64,000 nt of DNA from a virus (lineage: Duplodnaviria; Caudoviricetes). A program made the position numbers and the translations under genes. Below, one piece after another: positions 1 to 9,354 of this stretch. Location: positions 198,695-262,694 of IMG/VR virus record IMGVR_UViG_3300033463_000004. One strand, written 5' to 3'. How positions within the stretch are numbered: the stretch's first letter is position 1; every line of letters begins with the position of its first letter. The notes under the pieces are model-generated. The model was not told the DNA's origin. It was given only the letters and a program-made list of their open reading frames with translations, and made no database searches.

Positions 1-4
1 AAAA

Positions 5-481
5 ATGAGGAGGAAAATAAAAATGATTCAAGTAGCGACGATTGAAATTGCAAAGGAACTTGTTATGCGAGATTTGATTCGCTGTGCATGTAATACTATT
101 GTCGATTCTGGTGTTAATCCAGACAATATTGATACATTTTACTGTCAAACACACAATGAGAACACAGGCGATCGGATTGGCTGTATGATTACAATCAACA
201 ATGTTCCGAAGTTTACAATTTCAAGATCATTGGATGCGAATGTTGTTCATGTTGTAATTGAAGAATTGAACACCGAAAATGGTGCAGCATCATTTGACTT
301 TATTATCAAATTTGATAAGGAGACATGTATGGGTCGTTTTGAGTTTGCAGAAATTGTTGCGCCAAGTGAACATGAAATCAAACTGATGCTTCCATATAAA
401 TATCTGTCTGGAATGTTTGCTGGATATTTGACAGCACTGCAAGAACATATGATGCTTGTCGAATTGCCTGATATAGATTAA
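5..481 (+). CDS. hypothetical phage protein
   Basis: 158-aa ORF; GAGGAGG RBS suggests start at 23. Confidence 0.7.
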   Translation: MRRKIKMIQVATIEIAKELVMRDLIRCACNTIVDSGVNPDNIDTFYCQTHNENTGDRIGCMITINNVPKFTISRSLDANVVHVVIEELNTENGAASFDFIIKFDKETCMGRFEFAEIVAPSEHEIKLMLPYKYLSGMFAGYLTALQEHMMLVELPDID

Positions 482-498
482 AATGGAGGTAAATTAAA

Positions 499-1062
499 AT
501 GAAAACCGAGTTTGTGTTTTTCGATGAGAAAAGATTATCGTCTGTTGTGTTTAACAACATCGCATTTGCTATTTTAAATTCATTTAAGCAGTACCATAGT
601 GAATATATGAACATGGCACTGATTTTCAATGATGTAGATCATATTGATCCGAGCGAATTCAACTATCCGAACTATGAGATGGTTGAATTCGTTCAGCTGA
701 ATGGTTATGTCAGAAAAGAAAATGACAAACATGCTACCATGCAACAATTCTGCGGTATTGCCCGTTTGGAACATGAAACAGAAGACAAGTGTCTGGTTGT
801 TGTTGAAATACCTGGAAACAATATTGCATATAGAATCAATATTGAGCGGAGACCTGGTGATGATGATATTCATGATGATTTAGTAGCATCTATGACAACG
901 GCTCCAGTGTTTATCACAAACATCGAAGAGCTTCTGGATAAAGAACCGATTAAGTATTATGGAAAAATCATCTCGGAAGCTGTTGCTGAAATCGTAGAAA
1001 ATCAGTCTCTTGCGAGAATCATCGATGAAGATGGACGTCATATGTTTGAATACCGTCTCTGA
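499..1062 (+). CDS. hypothetical protein
   Basis: 187-aa ORF, GGAGG RBS. Confidence 0.75.
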   Translation: MKTEFVFFDEKRLSSVVFNNIAFAILNSFKQYHSEYMNMALIFNDVDHIDPSEFNYPNYEMVEFVQLNGYVRKENDKHATMQQFCGIARLEHETEDKCLVVVEIPGNNIAYRINIERRPGDDDIHDDLVASMTTAPVFITNIEELLDKEPIKYYGKIISEAVAEIVENQSLARIIDEDGRHMFEYRL

Positions 1063-1077
1063 TTGACTGGAGGAAAT

Positions 1078-1722
1078 ATGATGATTGATTATAAATCAGC
1101 GTGGGAACATTTGAAACATTACGTTTCTGATATGGAATTTTATACAAAGCCGTATAAAGGTAATGGTTTTCGGGCGGTCTTGTATAAAATGGAAGAACTG
1201 GAAAAATCTCTAACCAGAGATGAACCAAGTGAAATCATTGAACGTTCGAAAGATATTAAAATTGGTAATTATACACTCAAACGTTCGGATCTTCAATTCA
1301 CAAAAGAAGATTTTGAAGAAGCAAAGAAAGCTTGGAAACAAGGTAGTGTGATCTATGATATTGCACATGATCTTGAACAACAGCTTTTGGATTTTGACAG
1401 TAAGGTCAGACTGGAAGTTGACAGATGGGTATTCGATGCATTCAAGGATATATGCGGATGTACCACACCGGATGAGGTGTTCAACATTATAACAACACCA
1501 TTGCATATTCATCGATTCATGTATGTAATAGAAACCGTAAACAATAAAATCAAACTTCTGGATATTTGCGATGATACATTCACGCATCCAGAACCAGGTA
1601 AATTGCAATATAATCCATTGCATGGATGTCAATTGAGTGTACCGACAAAATCGTTTCAAGCAACCGAAGAACTGCGAAATTCAGTCAAACAACGATGGGA
1701 GGAAATTTATAATGCAAATTGA
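1078..1722 (+). CDS. hypothetical protein
   Basis: ORF; start moved to ATG after GGAGG. Confidence 0.75.
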   Translation: MMIDYKSAWEHLKHYVSDMEFYTKPYKGNGFRAVLYKMEELEKSLTRDEPSEIIERSKDIKIGNYTLKRSDLQFTKEDFEEAKKAWKQGSVIYDIAHDLEQQLLDFDSKVRLEVDRWVFDAFKDICGCTTPDEVFNIITTPLHIHRFMYVIETVNNKIKLLDICDDTFTHPEPGKLQYNPLHGCQLSVPTKSFQATEELRNSVKQRWEEIYNAN

Positions 1723-2167
1723 AAATTGGTCCGTTTCACAAACGGAATCAAATGTTAACGTAACTCTGAATCTGACATCATTTGATGATTTTGATTCAAC
1801 CGGATTTATCAAGTACATCAAAGAATTTGGTGATACTGATATTGATATGTCTGAATATAAGGAATTAAAGAGTGCTAAAGAAGCAAATATTAAAATGCAT
1901 GATCATTTCAGAGGATTGAATCATGCTCAGATTGTTTGCGTATGTGATGAATTGTATGAAAAACTTCAAAAGAATCCGAAAAATGTATATAATAGAAAAC
2001 TTCTGAAAGTCGGTATCGATATTCTTCAAGATTATGACGTTTTCTGGTGTCCTCCGGTTGATAAATATGATGGCGAACAAAACAAACAGTCTGATGACCC
2101 ATACAAAGATCTTCCTTATGAGGGTAAGATGGTTGGTGGTGTATTCCGTAGACCAGCTGATGAGTAA
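1712..2167 (+). CDS. hypothetical protein
   Basis: ORF; ATG after GGAGG overlaps upstream gene. Confidence 0.7.
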   Translation: MQIENWSVSQTESNVNVTLNLTSFDDFDSTGFIKYIKEFGDTDIDMSEYKELKSAKEANIKMHDHFRGLNHAQIVCVCDELYEKLQKNPKNVYNRKLLKVGIDILQDYDVFWCPPVDKYDGEQNKQSDDPYKDLPYEGKMVGGVFRRPADE

Positions 2168-2173
2168 ATGTAT

Positions 2174-2197
2174 AATGGTGGCCTTCGGGCCACCATT
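2174..2197. terminator. intrinsic terminator-like hairpin
   Basis: AATGGTGGCC-TTCG-GGCCACCATT. Confidence 0.7.
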
Positions 2198-2220
2198 CTA
2201 TATATCATTTTAAGGAGTAT

Positions 2221-3132
2221 GTGCAAATGAATAAAGATCAGTATGTAAAACGCGTTCAGCGACATACTTGTGTTGTATGTGGATGTGAAGCAACTTCTGG
2301 TGGAAATTGGTGGCCTAGTGGTGAAGTTGGTGTAATGCGCCTATATCAGGGACTCCCGATTTGCTGGGAATGTGCTTCTAGAATTTATGTACAATATCAA
2401 ATGTATGATAATAATTATGCATGGAGAGTAGCGCCATCAAGTTGGCAAAAATTAATCGTCGAACCAGTAAAAGAGAACACAGACAATCAACAAATTCAAT
2501 TTGAAGAACAATGTGAACGTTGGAAAGATTTTGATATTGTGGATATAACAAAAGAAACATCGAGATCTGACGATACTCAATCTGAAAAAGTTCTTGTTGG
2601 TCATATGTTCGCTGGTCATGAATATGACAAGGATTACATGGTGCAAACAATTCTCGGGGGAATTCGAGATTTTTCTGCAGGAGAATATCCAGAAGGTACA
2701 TATTTCGATGTTGTTATTAGAAAGAAATCCGAAGAGATTTCAACCACAACACCACTGAGACTCCCAATATGGTTTCCAAAAGATTTGCGAGATTCTATTA
2801 TATATTATATCAAAAATATTCAAAGACGGGACACAAATGGTGTGTATGCCGTTGCAATGGAAGCATCGGATATTTTTCCAAATGCAAAACCGGAAAACTG
2901 GGTTGGATTCATTACTGATATACAAATTGATTCAGATCCGTATCCTATTGACTGGGGTGTAATTAAAATGAATGATACAGAGATAGCAAAGGATGCTATT
3001 GCTGTCATTAATTCATTATACACATTTAACAATACACATGTACATCTTACCCCACTCATATCCGGGGTTCAAGAAGATGACAAATTTACGATTGTCAGTT
3101 TGAATGGCTTCGTCATCAAAAAGGATGGTTAA
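2221..3132 (+). CDS. hypothetical protein with N-terminal CxxC...CxxC zinc finger
   Basis: CVVCGC...CWEC. Confidence 0.7.
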   Translation: MQMNKDQYVKRVQRHTCVVCGCEATSGGNWWPSGEVGVMRLYQGLPICWECASRIYVQYQMYDNNYAWRVAPSSWQKLIVEPVKENTDNQQIQFEEQCERWKDFDIVDITKETSRSDDTQSEKVLVGHMFAGHEYDKDYMVQTILGGIRDFSAGEYPEGTYFDVVIRKKSEEISTTTPLRLPIWFPKDLRDSIIYYIKNIQRRDTNGVYAVAMEASDIFPNAKPENWVGFITDIQIDSDPYPIDWGVIKMNDTEIAKDAIAVINSLYTFNNTHVHLTPLISGVQEDDKFTIVSLNGFVIKKDG

Positions 3133-3133
3133 T

Positions 3134-3517
3134 ATGTTAAAAAATAAAACTGTAATTCAATTAAAATTCAAAGTAAATCCGGAATTTCGTAATAAGATTT
3201 CGGATTTTCTGAAATGTGATAATGTAAAAGAAACATTCTGTCACGGGGGATTTATCATTGTCCCCCGTAATAAAAATGGTCAAAAAACATATTTATCTTT
3301 CCGATTTTTAGAAAAATGGATCGGACGAGTACAATCCATATTTCTCGATCCAATCAATCCTGAAAATGATTATGCTGATTGTGTTTCGTTTGATGGTCCG
3401 TGGTTTGGATTAAATAATAAATCATTTGATAACGTCTATGTTACTCCGGTGATTGTCCTTGATAAAGAAGACAATAACATCGCAGATATTCTTGGATGTA
3501 TTTTGGAGGTGGAATAA
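3134..3517 (+). CDS. hypothetical protein
   Basis: ORF in tightly packed operon. Confidence 0.65.
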   Translation: MLKNKTVIQLKFKVNPEFRNKISDFLKCDNVKETFCHGGFIIVPRNKNGQKTYLSFRFLEKWIGRVQSIFLDPINPENDYADCVSFDGPWFGLNNKSFDNVYVTPVIVLDKEDNNIADILGCILEVE

Positions 3518-4245
3518 TGAATTCAAGATTACTGAGCTTCGCAACAAAAGAAGATTTCAATTTCATTCATTTTGTTGTAATTAAATTTGTAGAAACAGGA
3601 AGACGAATTCCGGATTCATTGCAATTGGTTTTATCATATGATACATATTATCATGCGCTTGTAACAGGTCATAATGATCTCACGTTTTCCATATCTTTCC
3701 AGGATGATTATCATAATATGGTATCAATGATAATTCCATATACTGATATCAATAATAAAATGATAAAAGTATATCCTGTTTTGACAATGGAAGAGTGTGA
3801 AAATTTATGTAATCGCAGAATTGATGAAGTAATTGCACAGGCAAGTGTAACAAAATTACACTATACAGACGAAGAGTTGTTGAAGTTTATTTTATTCGGG
3901 CGAAACATTGATGAATTTGATGATAAACTTAAAGACACATATAAACGATATACAAAACAGCACATTGGTCATCTTATTGAAATAATGGATAAAGGATTGA
4001 TCAAAGGTTTGCTGGCTGCTCAAGGATTGTATAATGGCAAACTTGATACATGCGCAATAACAAAATCATCCTGTAATCCACATACGTATTATGTGAACTT
4101 GAAAATATTACATACCGGAATGATGTCTTTTTATATCATAATTGGAAATAAATTTGATAAAGATATAAAAGATATAATATTGTCTGCAAGTGATATAGCT
4201 AACGAATCAACCAATAATGGGGAGGAGTTTGATTATGATGTCTGA
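3517..4245 (+). CDS. hypothetical protein
   Basis: ORF, GGAGG RBS, TAATG coupling. Confidence 0.7.
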   Translation: MNSRLLSFATKEDFNFIHFVVIKFVETGRRIPDSLQLVLSYDTYYHALVTGHNDLTFSISFQDDYHNMVSMIIPYTDINNKMIKVYPVLTMEECENLCNRRIDEVIAQASVTKLHYTDEELLKFILFGRNIDEFDDKLKDTYKRYTKQHIGHLIEIMDKGLIKGLLAAQGLYNGKLDTCAITKSSCNPHTYYVNLKILHTGMMSFYIIIGNKFDKDIKDIILSASDIANESTNNGEEFDYDV

Positions 4246-4993
4246 ATACCTCAAAAAGTTAATATTGAGATCCGTACATCCGTCAAAAAGTCTTGAGAAT
4301 GCAAAAGAAAATCCAACATCGGATAAACCAATATGCATAAATGGTGAATTCATGTGTGATGAACGTCTTCGTGAATTGATGGATGCCATTAATATTAATA
4401 CAGCAACCACCGAAGAAATCAAACATCGTTTAGGTACAAAATATACTGACAGATGCATCAATACTAACGAAAGACTTATGCATGAAATGAATCGTGAGTT
4501 GGCAAATAAAATAGTTCATGCAAAACTTGATGAGTTCCTAGAAAATGAAATTATTAAGAAATATGATTTACATTTTTGCAAAGATTTACATTTTTGCAAT
4601 AATGGGGAGTTTACTGGTTCGATATTCATTGCATCACCATTAACTTCAATGAATGATCAAGGTGGATATATAGGAATCAAAAAAGAAGTCAGATATGATT
4701 TTTCAACATTATATGTATCATTAAAAATCGATTATATATTCACAACAGGTTCTTCACTCACGATAGTGAACGCATGGACGCATTGTTCGACCTACGAAGA
4801 TAATAAATTTACTATTAAACCCCCTGAAGAATTTTCTGGTTTGTTAACGTATCCAGAATTCGAGAGGGCTCAATTTCAGTTCTTTTGTGATCAACTTATT
4901 CCAATAATTCAAGCATTGTTCGAAGATACATTTTCTGATGGATGGAAAGAAAGGCTTGGTATCACAGATGAAAAAGATAATTGTTGCGGATAA
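4235..4993 (+). CDS. hypothetical protein
   Basis: ORF, GGAGG RBS; 18-bp tandem duplication at 4565-4599 (DLHFCK DLHFCN). Confidence 0.7.
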   Translation: MMSEYLKKLILRSVHPSKSLENAKENPTSDKPICINGEFMCDERLRELMDAININTATTEEIKHRLGTKYTDRCINTNERLMHEMNRELANKIVHAKLDEFLENEIIKKYDLHFCKDLHFCNNGEFTGSIFIASPLTSMNDQGGYIGIKKEVRYDFSTLYVSLKIDYIFTTGSSLTIVNAWTHCSTYEDNKFTIKPPEEFSGLLTYPEFERAQFQFFCDQLIPIIQALFEDTFSDGWKERLGITDEKDNCCG

Positions 4994-5321
4994 ATTTGAT
5001 CCATCATACATTTTTCGTCCAGCATTTATAAATGCAATGCAATCAAAGCTCCTTCGGGTTATGAAAAAATACCCGAAGGAGCAAAAGTTTCGTATGATAC
5101 TTGAACCAATATCTGATGAGAATAAAAATGTGGTTATATATATAAATGATTATCTCGAGAAAATGACACAAGAACATTCAGAATCATTACATAAGATATT
5201 AGAGTCAAAATCTGCAGAAGAAATAAATGAAATGTGTTCTGACTGGTTCAAGTCATATTTCTTAAAACCTTTAATAGAAGGAGTGAATAACAATGACACG
5301 AAGAAAGAAGAAGAAACTTGA
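4968..5321 (+). CDS. hypothetical protein
   Basis: ORF overlapping neighbours. Confidence 0.6.
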   Translation: MKKIIVADKFDPSYIFRPAFINAMQSKLLRVMKKYPKEQKFRMILEPISDENKNVVIYINDYLEKMTQEHSESLHKILESKSAEEINEMCSDWFKSYFLKPLIEGVNNNDTKKEEET

Positions 5322-6072
5322 GAATCGTGCAGGATTCTTTCATTATCGCGATTATAAATTGCGTGTGAAATTGTTGTATCATGCGATAGACGTGGTAATG
5401 AAATCATCAGCGGCATATGCATTTAAAGTAGTTATGTTTGAGCATTTCAAGGGGTTGTTGCTGGGTCAAGTTCCGAAGAAGATTTGTGATCAGAATCTGA
5501 GATATAAACCTTTCCTCACAAATTGTGATGGAACGTTAGTCGGTAGGCATGCTGATATTGCGAAACCTGACGTGATTCCATCAATGAGCATGCGAATGGT
5601 TGGTGATAAAATCCATTCATTCTCCATCGATGAGGATTCTTTCAAGAACGGATACAAACCCGATGAACTTGCACCCCCACTTCCAAAGGGTCCGCTTGAC
5701 GGTCATAAGTCGATGTCATCAGCCAAGCTGTCAGCTATTCACAATAATCCCACAATGGCGTCAGCCAAGTTGACGATTGAGCACGGGGATACAGATCGCA
5801 TGAGTAGGCAGATTATGGCTGACGAATATATCAAAGGTGGATCTGCCATCGAATATCCTTCAAGTGCAACGATCGATCTGCGAAAAGCTGTCGGTCGATA
5901 TGGTAACATGTCTATCAAGGGCAATGAAGAAGACGTGTCTGAGCCGATTCATCTCGGTCCGATTGATCTGGGTCCTACTGATGGTGAACGTATCGAAGAA
6001 CATCTGCTTCAGTCAGAAGATAAGAAGCGTAGGTTTGCATCCAACGCTTGCGAGGCTTCTGCATATGATTAA
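5293..6072 (+). CDS. hypothetical protein, basic N-terminal motif family
   Basis: MTRRKKKKLENRAGFFHYRDYK N-terminus. Confidence 0.7.
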   Translation: MTRRKKKKLENRAGFFHYRDYKLRVKLLYHAIDVVMKSSAAYAFKVVMFEHFKGLLLGQVPKKICDQNLRYKPFLTNCDGTLVGRHADIAKPDVIPSMSMRMVGDKIHSFSIDEDSFKNGYKPDELAPPLPKGPLDGHKSMSSAKLSAIHNNPTMASAKLTIEHGDTDRMSRQIMADEYIKGGSAIEYPSSATIDLRKAVGRYGNMSIKGNEEDVSEPIHLGPIDLGPTDGERIEEHLLQSEDKKRRFASNACEASAYD

Positions 6073-6084
6073 GGGGGAATTCTG

Positions 6085-6309
6085 ATGGATAAGGGTAAAC
6101 GACCTACGTGTGTCGAATGCAAATGGTATTCCGAAAAAGGTGGTCCGATCGGTTCATGCGAAAACACGGGTTATCGACTCGAATTAGAAGACTTCTGTAG
6201 GGTTCCCAAAAATCCGATGATGATCAAAGGTCCGAAAACTGGGGTTCCAACATGGTGCCATAAATTCTGGACAAGAAAGGAGGATTCAGATGAACTGGAG
6301 AAAACGTAA
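6085..6309 (+). CDS. small Cys-rich hypothetical protein
   Basis: CVECKW...C...PTWC. Confidence 0.65.
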   Translation: MDKGKRPTCVECKWYSEKGGPIGSCENTGYRLELEDFCRVPKNPMMIKGPKTGVPTWCHKFWTRKEDSDELEKT

Positions 6310-6871
6310 AAGATTGCGTCGTATTGCACAGCATTATGGATACACCCATTACTGGGAATACAAACGTAATCTGAAGTTCTGCATCTATTATACTGCATTT
6401 CAGAACGCACTTGACAATGGGGAGATCCAATGGTCAGAAGTGCTTCCTAAGATGAATCAGATGTTTTGTAAAGCCGGACTTCCTGAGTATTGTATGACTC
6501 AGGAAGAATGGTATGCAAAAGTAATGGAGTCTGTCAATGAGCGGGAACGTCAACAAGACGAGGTGATCTTTCAGTTTATTGACGACGACTTCATGTCTCC
6601 ATCCATGAAAGTCAACAAACATGCCAATATCGTTGTCAAGAACAACTTCCACAAAAAGCTTGAAGATGCTGTAAGTGAAATGTGTGATCGTGACAAACCT
6701 GTTCAACTTGGTTATATCGACTACCTTGGTATCGAAAAACTCAATGGTCCGATTAAAGAATTTCATGAAGCCGTCTGTGAATGTTTACGTGACCCAAATC
6801 CTATCAGTGAATATCATGGTATTGTTGAGGAGGTGACAGATAATGAATCGTCGTCAGAAGAAGAAACTTGA
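6290..6871 (+). CDS. hypothetical protein, basic N-terminal motif family
   Basis: MNWRKRKRLRR...GYTHYWEYK; AGGAGG RBS. Confidence 0.7.
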   Translation: MNWRKRKRLRRIAQHYGYTHYWEYKRNLKFCIYYTAFQNALDNGEIQWSEVLPKMNQMFCKAGLPEYCMTQEEWYAKVMESVNERERQQDEVIFQFIDDDFMSPSMKVNKHANIVVKNNFHKKLEDAVSEMCDRDKPVQLGYIDYLGIEKLNGPIKEFHEAVCECLRDPNPISEYHGIVEEVTDNESSSEEET

Positions 6872-7235
6872 AAAACGCCGTGGATACTTCAGATATTCCA
6901 AATTCAAGGAATGGAAACGGATTCTTGATTTCGGTATGAAGCACGGTGGGCAAACGTTCTACGAATGGTTTGTCGAAGGCAAACATCGTTCCGAAGCACA
7001 TAAAGCTGGAACTGGAGTTGACATGTTGCTTATCACAACTAGCAAATCTGGAAAAGCTATCAAGCATATGCAGATTGCACAGGGGTGCTATCCGTCAGCA
7101 ATGACATCATCTGATGATGCATCGAATATCACACTGAGTTTCACAGCGGACTTTCACAATGGTGAATGTACAACCGACGTATTTCAGGAAGTGTATAACA
7201 GATATCAGGAATGGTTAGGAGGTATTCAGAAATGA
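6843..7235 (+). CDS. hypothetical protein, basic N-terminal motif family
   Basis: MNRRQKKKLEKRRGYFRYSKFK. Confidence 0.7.
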   Translation: MNRRQKKKLEKRRGYFRYSKFKEWKRILDFGMKHGGQTFYEWFVEGKHRSEAHKAGTGVDMLLITTSKSGKAIKHMQIAQGCYPSAMTSSDDASNITLSFTADFHNGECTTDVFQEVYNRYQEWLGGIQK

Positions 7236-7564
7236 AATGTCTCGAGTTTCCAAAGAAACCTTTCGAACAGTGTAAGTTCGACTATCCGGACGAGATGAAA
7301 AAGCTTGTCGACCTGCTTGAAGCAGATGGAATCAAAATCAATTGTGATTTGATGACACTCGAAAAGCTGTGGTTTGCCTATTCAGAAACATGGTCCGCTC
7401 ACTTCCTGACAGTGGGTAACAATGATAAAGACGATACTTATCCAAGATTCCTTGAATGGGTCGAGGACATCGACATTGATACCGCTGATCATATGAATTA
7501 TGAAGGAGAACAACTCGCGAGAGTTTGTCGTCCGTGGGATGATGAGGAGGATGATGATGAATGA
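7232..7564 (+). CDS. acidic hypothetical protein
   Basis: ATGA coupling, GGAGG RBS. Confidence 0.7.
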   Translation: MKCLEFPKKPFEQCKFDYPDEMKKLVDLLEADGIKINCDLMTLEKLWFAYSETWSAHFLTVGNNDKDDTYPRFLEWVEDIDIDTADHMNYEGEQLARVCRPWDDEEDDDE

Positions 7565-7779
7565 AATTGAATAAGGTGATTGAGGAGCTACAGGCTCTCG
7601 CAGCCAAAGGATATGGCGAATATGATGTCACGTTTGTATGTGACGCCACTCAAACATATTTCAATGACTCAGAGTACACATATGGTACCGATAGTCGAAC
7701 ATTCGATTTCGATGATCCAAGCCGCACACATAAAGCATATGATCAGCAGAAGATACTCGAGTTGCATTCAAAATGGTGA
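7561..7779 (+). CDS. small hypothetical protein
   Basis: ATGA coupling. Confidence 0.65.
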   Translation: MKLNKVIEELQALAAKGYGEYDVTFVCDATQTYFNDSEYTYGTDSRTFDFDDPSRTHKAYDQQKILELHSKW

Positions 7780-7784
7780 TTACA

Positions 7785-7818
7785 AATGAGGAGCCCACAC
7801 GGCTCCTCATTTTTTTTT
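7785..7818 (+). terminator. intrinsic terminator
   Basis: ATGAGGAGCC-CACAC-GGCTCCTCAT followed by T run. Confidence 0.85.
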
Positions 7819-7827
7819 ATATTATGA

Positions 7828-7840
7828 CATGTATATCATT
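7828..7840 (+). promoter_or_regulatory. putative phage promoter motif (partial)
   Basis: CATGTATATCATT, member of recurring TTTTCATATRTATATYATT motif. Confidence 0.5.
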
Positions 7841-7864
7841 CATTCGAAAGGAGGTTGAATAGCC

Positions 7865-8155
7865 ATGCATTGGAAGAAACGTCATAAATTCCGGAAGCTT
7901 CTGCACAGTAAGCTGCGGAAAAAACGTTGGTGGATGTGGATACCCGAAGATTTCAAATCATATGCTGATTACAAACGATACGTTCGTTCTTATTGCAGAC
8001 GAAATGTACCATGTCCGCCAATGGATCCAGAAGTGAGAAAAGCCATAATCCAATCTGAATGGAATGGAATGCCAATACGAAAATGGAATGAGCAATTTGA
8101 GGATCGGATAATCCAAGGGATTGTCGATGCTGAAATAGAACGCTTAATGAAATAA
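7865..8155 (+). CDS. basic hypothetical protein
   Basis: AAGGAGG RBS. Confidence 0.65.
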   Translation: MHWKKRHKFRKLLHSKLRKKRWWMWIPEDFKSYADYKRYVRSYCRRNVPCPPMDPEVRKAIIQSEWNGMPIRKWNEQFEDRIIQGIVDAEIERLMK

Positions 8156-8170
8156 GAAGGAGGATAAACA

Positions 8171-8494
8171 ATGAAATTTATGATTTGTGATAAGGACGCA
8201 TATCATGAGATACCAACTCCGTCTTCTCAACTTGTAATGATCGATGGTCGCGCGTGTGCTCCGGGTCATAGGGTTGTAGATAAATATGCTGCAATCATGT
8301 ACAACTATAATCTGAAAATCGGAGAATGGTATCCATGTGAATTAGTATCCACTATGCCACTGCCCGATATGTCCGTATATGCATATGATATCCAAATTAC
8401 TGGAACGCTGAAATATATTTGCGTACGGAAACAGGAGATTGACGATGGATACGTCAAGCTCGATTTTGAGGAAGGAGAAACGGATGGAACGTAA
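8171..8494 (+). CDS. hypothetical protein
   Basis: AGGAGG RBS. Confidence 0.7.
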   Translation: MKFMICDKDAYHEIPTPSSQLVMIDGRACAPGHRVVDKYAAIMYNYNLKIGEWYPCELVSTMPLPDMSVYAYDIQITGTLKYICVRKQEIDDGYVKLDFEEGETDGT

Positions 8495-8978
8495 GTTTAC
8501 CGTGAGAATCAACGGCATTCCGCTCCATAAATGGTATCTGTACAATGAAGAGGGTATGCAGCATGTATGTCCTGAATGCGGGCATGTTGCCACTGTATCA
8601 CAGAGCGAACTTGAACTGTGTCAAACATTGCAGCCTCGTGGTGTCAACATGTTCTCAAGACTGTATGAGAAAGTTGCACCACATATTCAATGCGTGAAAT
8701 GTGGTTTTCGCAATCCGTATTGGATGTTCTGCATTCGGAAATATTCGAAAGAACTGACAATTGCCGATGTTGTCAAGAATTCGATCTCTAAAAAGATCTT
8801 TGATGATCGGTCAATAATCTTTGATATGCCTTATACTCCCAGAGAGAATTGGGTTTGGAATCATTTGGCCAAGGATTTCGAAGGGGATACCATTGATACA
8901 ATTTATCTCACACCCAAACGTGGGCAATCACGAATGTGGCGTGGTTTGACAAAAGCATATACAAACTTTGGAGGTTAA
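8484..8978 (+). CDS. zinc-ribbon hypothetical protein
   Basis: CPECG...CVKCG. Confidence 0.7.
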   Translation: MERKFTVRINGIPLHKWYLYNEEGMQHVCPECGHVATVSQSELELCQTLQPRGVNMFSRLYEKVAPHIQCVKCGFRNPYWMFCIRKYSKELTIADVVKNSISKKIFDDRSIIFDMPYTPRENWVWNHLAKDFEGDTIDTIYLTPKRGQSRMWRGLTKAYTNFGG

Positions 8979-9354
8979 TAATGGCAACACCGATTCCGAA
9001 AAGTGATGCCCCTGTAGAAAAGGTCAAGGTTTCACACTGGATGCAAGTGAAATATGATCCGACCCTGTTGGAAGGTGCTCTCGAGATTGGTTGGATGGAG
9101 ATGCGAAACAATTACAAAGACTGGGAAGCTGATGGAGACCGTCCGCTCACAGAAGACGATTTCTATTGGCTTGTTGATGTTGCGCTGAATGAGGCATATC
9201 CCTGTTGCTGGTTTCCATATACAAACAAATATCTCAGGGAACTGAAAATTGAGTATATCCGCGTTGGCGAAATGCGGATCAGTATCAATGATTACCACAA
9301 GCTCTTTACTCGCAGGGGTTTGACAAAACCATATACAAATTTCGGAGGTTAATA
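8943..9354 (+). repeat. 38-bp direct repeats (8943-8980, 9317-9354) flanking one gene
   Basis: GGTTTGACAAAASCATATACAAAYTTYGGAGGTTAATA, 3 mismatches. Confidence 0.85.
8981..9352 (+). CDS. hypothetical protein
   Basis: ATG after GGAGG in repeat. Confidence 0.7.
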   Translation: MATPIPKSDAPVEKVKVSHWMQVKYDPTLLEGALEIGWMEMRNNYKDWEADGDRPLTEDDFYWLVDVALNEAYPCCWFPYTNKYLRELKIEYIRVGEMRISINDYHKLFTRRGLTKPYTNFGG

